Assembly: GCF_003918875.1 (NCBI RefSeq)
Contig: NW_025765647.1
Span: 1,426,001-1,490,000 of the forward strand
Reading direction: 5' to 3'
Source: Haliotis rubra
Lineage: Eukaryota
DNA length: 64,000 nt
Shown here: in pieces, positions 61,081 to 64,000 of the stretch
How positions within the stretch are numbered: the stretch's first letter is position 1
Layout: every line of letters starts with the position of its first letter
The notes under the pieces: generated by a model
Seen by the model: the letters and a program-made list of their open reading frames with translations, nothing else
Database searches by the model: none
Told to the model about the DNA's origin: nothing
Position numbers and translations under genes: made by a program

Positions 61081-62499
61081 ATGGAGGTTCCAGGAAGTGA
61101 GATTCCAGTGGACGCTGGACGAGATAATTACAACTTTGGTCTGCTTCCAGAGGTAGCTTGGGTTCAAGTTATGCAGTACCTACAGCTGAAGGACAGATAC
61201 AGCTTGTCATTGACTTGTCAGTCACTGTATCAACACTTCTATCACCCATCACTGTGGAGCACCGTCAATGTCAATCTGAAGGGCGGGGCCACCAACTTCT
61301 CTCTCAGTAACACTTACATCCCAAACAGCCTGGTCCAGATGATTGACAAGTTTGGCCATCTCTTTCAGAAACTCACCATCAAAATATTTGGTCATGTGAG
61401 CACTTTTGATGATGACAGTCGTCTAATTTTGACAAAACTAAGCGAAGTCTGTCGTCTGGAGAGCCTGACACTCGAAGCCGGGAAGTTGATCACCCAGTTT
61501 GATATAGGTGGATTCCCGCCATTTAAGTCTGATATTCAAATTTTCATAAATTTTATCAATAATGCTTTTAGATTGAAACAACTGAATATCAAATCATGGC
61601 CGATGTATCCAGCGTTGTTCACTCAAAATAACCTCAATATTTTCAATGCCATTGTCAAGAATGAAAAACTGAAGGACCTAGAATCTTTGAGTCTGTTTTG
61701 GAGAGACGACAGTGCATGGTCTGAGCGAGAGCCTCTTTTACCATCTCCTTTATTTCTGATGACGTTTCTACCAGATCTGAAGAAGCTGACCCATCTTGCA
61801 GTGAGATCTCCCATGTTGAGCGAGGAAATTCTAACCATGCTCTCCTCTCCAGACAGATGCAAACTCAAACTGCTACAGATATATGTTACATATTCAGCCT
61901 TCAACCATGCCTTTCAGATACCAGACATATCATCAGACATCTGGAAGACATTGGCATTGGCAAGTCCGGAACTTGAGGTTGAGTGTTCTGTAATGTCCCA
62001 GGTTCCGAACACAGAACTGTCTCTCCTCCTTTGTCCTGATATGCCACTGAAGTCTGTCTCCTTTCTTCGATACTCAAGATGTAATGGGCAGATCATTGGC
62101 TCCATCACGGACAAATTTGCGTCGTCTCTCAAACATTTCATCTGTTATGCCGACACCTCTGATGTAGACGTTGAGCTAAGATACCTGGTGACCAAGTGTT
62201 CCTGTCTGAGGACTCTGGTGTTCCATGGGAACATCAAATGTTCCACAGTTGTAACTATAGCAATGCAGAAATCAGGACAGTGGAAAAAGTTGGAGTTTGT
62301 GGAAAAGAATCTTGACACATTTGATGAGGAGGGTGATGATGAGGATAGGGATGAAGCCATCAGAAAGAATGAGGCTGGGGAGTACATACTGGTTGGTCTA
62401 CATAGATTCCATCGCCATGACGACAACAGGGAGGAGACAATCGAGCAAATGAGTTCCGTGGTATCAGGAGTGATGGGGTATAAGTGGACAACTGTGTAA
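61081..62499 (+). CDS. F-box protein with degenerate LRR-like C-terminus (FBXL3/FBXL21/FBXO39/FBXO33-like architecture), 472 aa, single coding exon
   Basis: F-box signature LLPEVAWVQVMQYLQLKDRYSLSLTCQSLYQHFYHPSLW; LxxLxL repeats (LESLTL, LKQLNI, LESLSL, LTHLAV, LRTLVF); splice acceptor tttcag| at 61047. Confidence 0.9.
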   Translation: MEVPGSEIPVDAGRDNYNFGLLPEVAWVQVMQYLQLKDRYSLSLTCQSLYQHFYHPSLWSTVNVNLKGGATNFSLSNTYIPNSLVQMIDKFGHLFQKLTIKIFGHVSTFDDDSRLILTKLSEVCRLESLTLEAGKLITQFDIGGFPPFKSDIQIFINFINNAFRLKQLNIKSWPMYPALFTQNNLNIFNAIVKNEKLKDLESLSLFWRDDSAWSEREPLLPSPLFLMTFLPDLKKLTHLAVRSPMLSEEILTMLSSPDRCKLKLLQIYVTYSAFNHAFQIPDISSDIWKTLALASPELEVECSVMSQVPNTELSLLLCPDMPLKSVSFLRYSRCNGQIIGSITDKFASSLKHFICYADTSDVDVELRYLVTKCSCLRTLVFHGNIKCSTVVTIAMQKSGQWKKLEFVEKNLDTFDEEGDDEDRDEAIRKNEAGEYILVGLHRFHRHDDNREETIEQMSSVVSGVMGYKWTTV

Positions 62500-63520
62500 A
62501 TCAGAGACTCTCTGAAATGCCTTTAATTACTTAGTTGACCCAAGTCTTGTTGAAATCCAAGGGAAGAAATATGACAATGACATTTGAGATATTTTGTCCT
62601 CAAAATAACAACTGAATATGTAACTGTTTTTGCTATGTTTATTGCGCCAGCTTTCAGTTAAAGCACTTTAGTATTTGTTGGCTGGTTCACCATTAAACCA
62701 ACTGAAAACAAATCTAAGATTAGACAAATCATTTGGACATTGATTTCAGATCTGTCACTGCTTTACAATTAAGTTCTGTAAATTTATGTGATATACCAAG
62801 TGTTCGGAGAGTTTATACACTACCCTGTACACACTTGTGTAAAGTACTTGTATATTTGACAACTGGAAAAGCCTGACAGCACACTATATGATGCTCTCCA
62901 TGTATGTATATAATTATGAGACTAAATACTGAAAATGCAACTGATCGTCTTACCAAGTTAAAACTTATATGTGTTTCATTAATTTGTAAGTTTATTTCGT
63001 AGTCAAATCATTTCACAGTTTATTCCAACCATTTACATGAACATTTTAATGATGAAAAAATGATACATCTGATAAATAATGACAGGCCTGACATTATGTT
63101 ATTATTATGATACATATTTTTGAAATTACTTAATTATGATGCTTTCTTCATTGAACTTTGGGTGATGGAACAACTACCGAAAACACACATCTTGGTTCAG
63201 TTTATGCATGTGCAATATGTTACAAGTAACAGTGACTGTGTGTCTCTTATTTTCCCTTCCACACAACCCTCCAACGATATAACAGCCAGAAATCAAGCAA
63301 GTCTAGAATTTCCTCTGAGGCAGGTAGCCCCAATACAGATGTTATTAATCTCTGAATCTCTCATCCCACTTCTGCTCCATTTTCTATATTTGAATGGAGT
63401 TATTTGTGTCTGTCCAAATTACTAGTATATATATTCACAGAACAAGTGTTAGCCTATCAGCATGGCGTCAATAATGACACCGAAAATGTATCTGCTGCAG
63501 GCGTTTTGCATTTGGAAGTA

Positions 63521-63844
63521 GGGCCAGACCAATTTTATTTCCTTTTTTACAGATCCACCGGTCGTCCTTTTTCAAGAATAAGAAGACAAAAATAATTAAT
63601 TTTTCCCGCCCAAAAAATAAAATCCTCATGTTTTTGTTGGGAAAAAATGTACACTTATCCAAAAGAAATTTTTTGATTGTTTTTTGCCCCATATACACTT
63701 CATAAATTGCTAAAAATAGAATACTTTAGTCTTCAAAAGGAAAATATCTTTGACCGGTGATTTTTATTTTTTATTTTTTCCCACCTGCCTTTAGGTTTTC
63801 TGAGGACAAGAATCCGTAAAACAAGAAATATAATTGGTCTGGCC
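63521..63844. mobile_element. MITE with ~20-bp TIRs
   Basis: ggccagaccaattttattt / aaatataattggtctggcc, flanked by TA. Confidence 0.7.
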
Positions 63845-64000
63845 TATTCAAATCATAATATTAAAATATATATGATATTCAGTATTATATACTAATGTGT
63901 TCAGGGCAAATCATAGGAAAGTAGTCATTGAAACTAGTCTCCAAGAAGAAGAATCAATTATATTCTTTTAGATCAAATTTGTTTTGAATTGAAGGATGTA

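Noticed and set aside
61081-62499. Circadian cluster idea (nocturnin plus an FBXL3-like gene)
   Set aside because: The F-box protein cannot be assigned to FBXL3 by eye, the family is large, and the genes are ~59 kb apart.

Overview
This is eukaryotic (metazoan) genomic DNA, most likely from a mollusc. The SINE families with (TCAC)n/(GTGA)n tails resemble abalone-type repeats, but the taxon is inferred, not shown. Recognisable genes: nocturnin (minus strand, 42-2249, two coding exons, apparent +1 frameshift in a G6 run), a 5-exon 260-aa ankyrin-repeat gene (minus, 48904-52191) and an F-box/LRR-like gene (plus, 61081-62499). Between them lie three unusual blocks. (i) A diverged ~6 kb tandem duplication (~8.4-15.0 kb and ~15.0-20.6 kb). 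Each unit carries a spliced three-exon orphan gene that the ORF track shows only in fragments: copy A is intact (374 aa) and copy B is frameshifted. (ii) ~17.5 kb of strand-asymmetric low-complexity DNA: a gapped polypyrimidine tract, a G/T-rich ~1.32 kb dimeric higher-order repeat, then alternating CT/GT blocks. (iii) A 7.7 kb satellite of 33/36-bp monomers. Many SINEs and MITEs with visible target-site duplications (TSDs) are present, including 30-39 bp hairpin-only micro-transposons and a tRNA-like unit enclosed in nested inverted repeats. There is no CRISPR or prokaryotic content.
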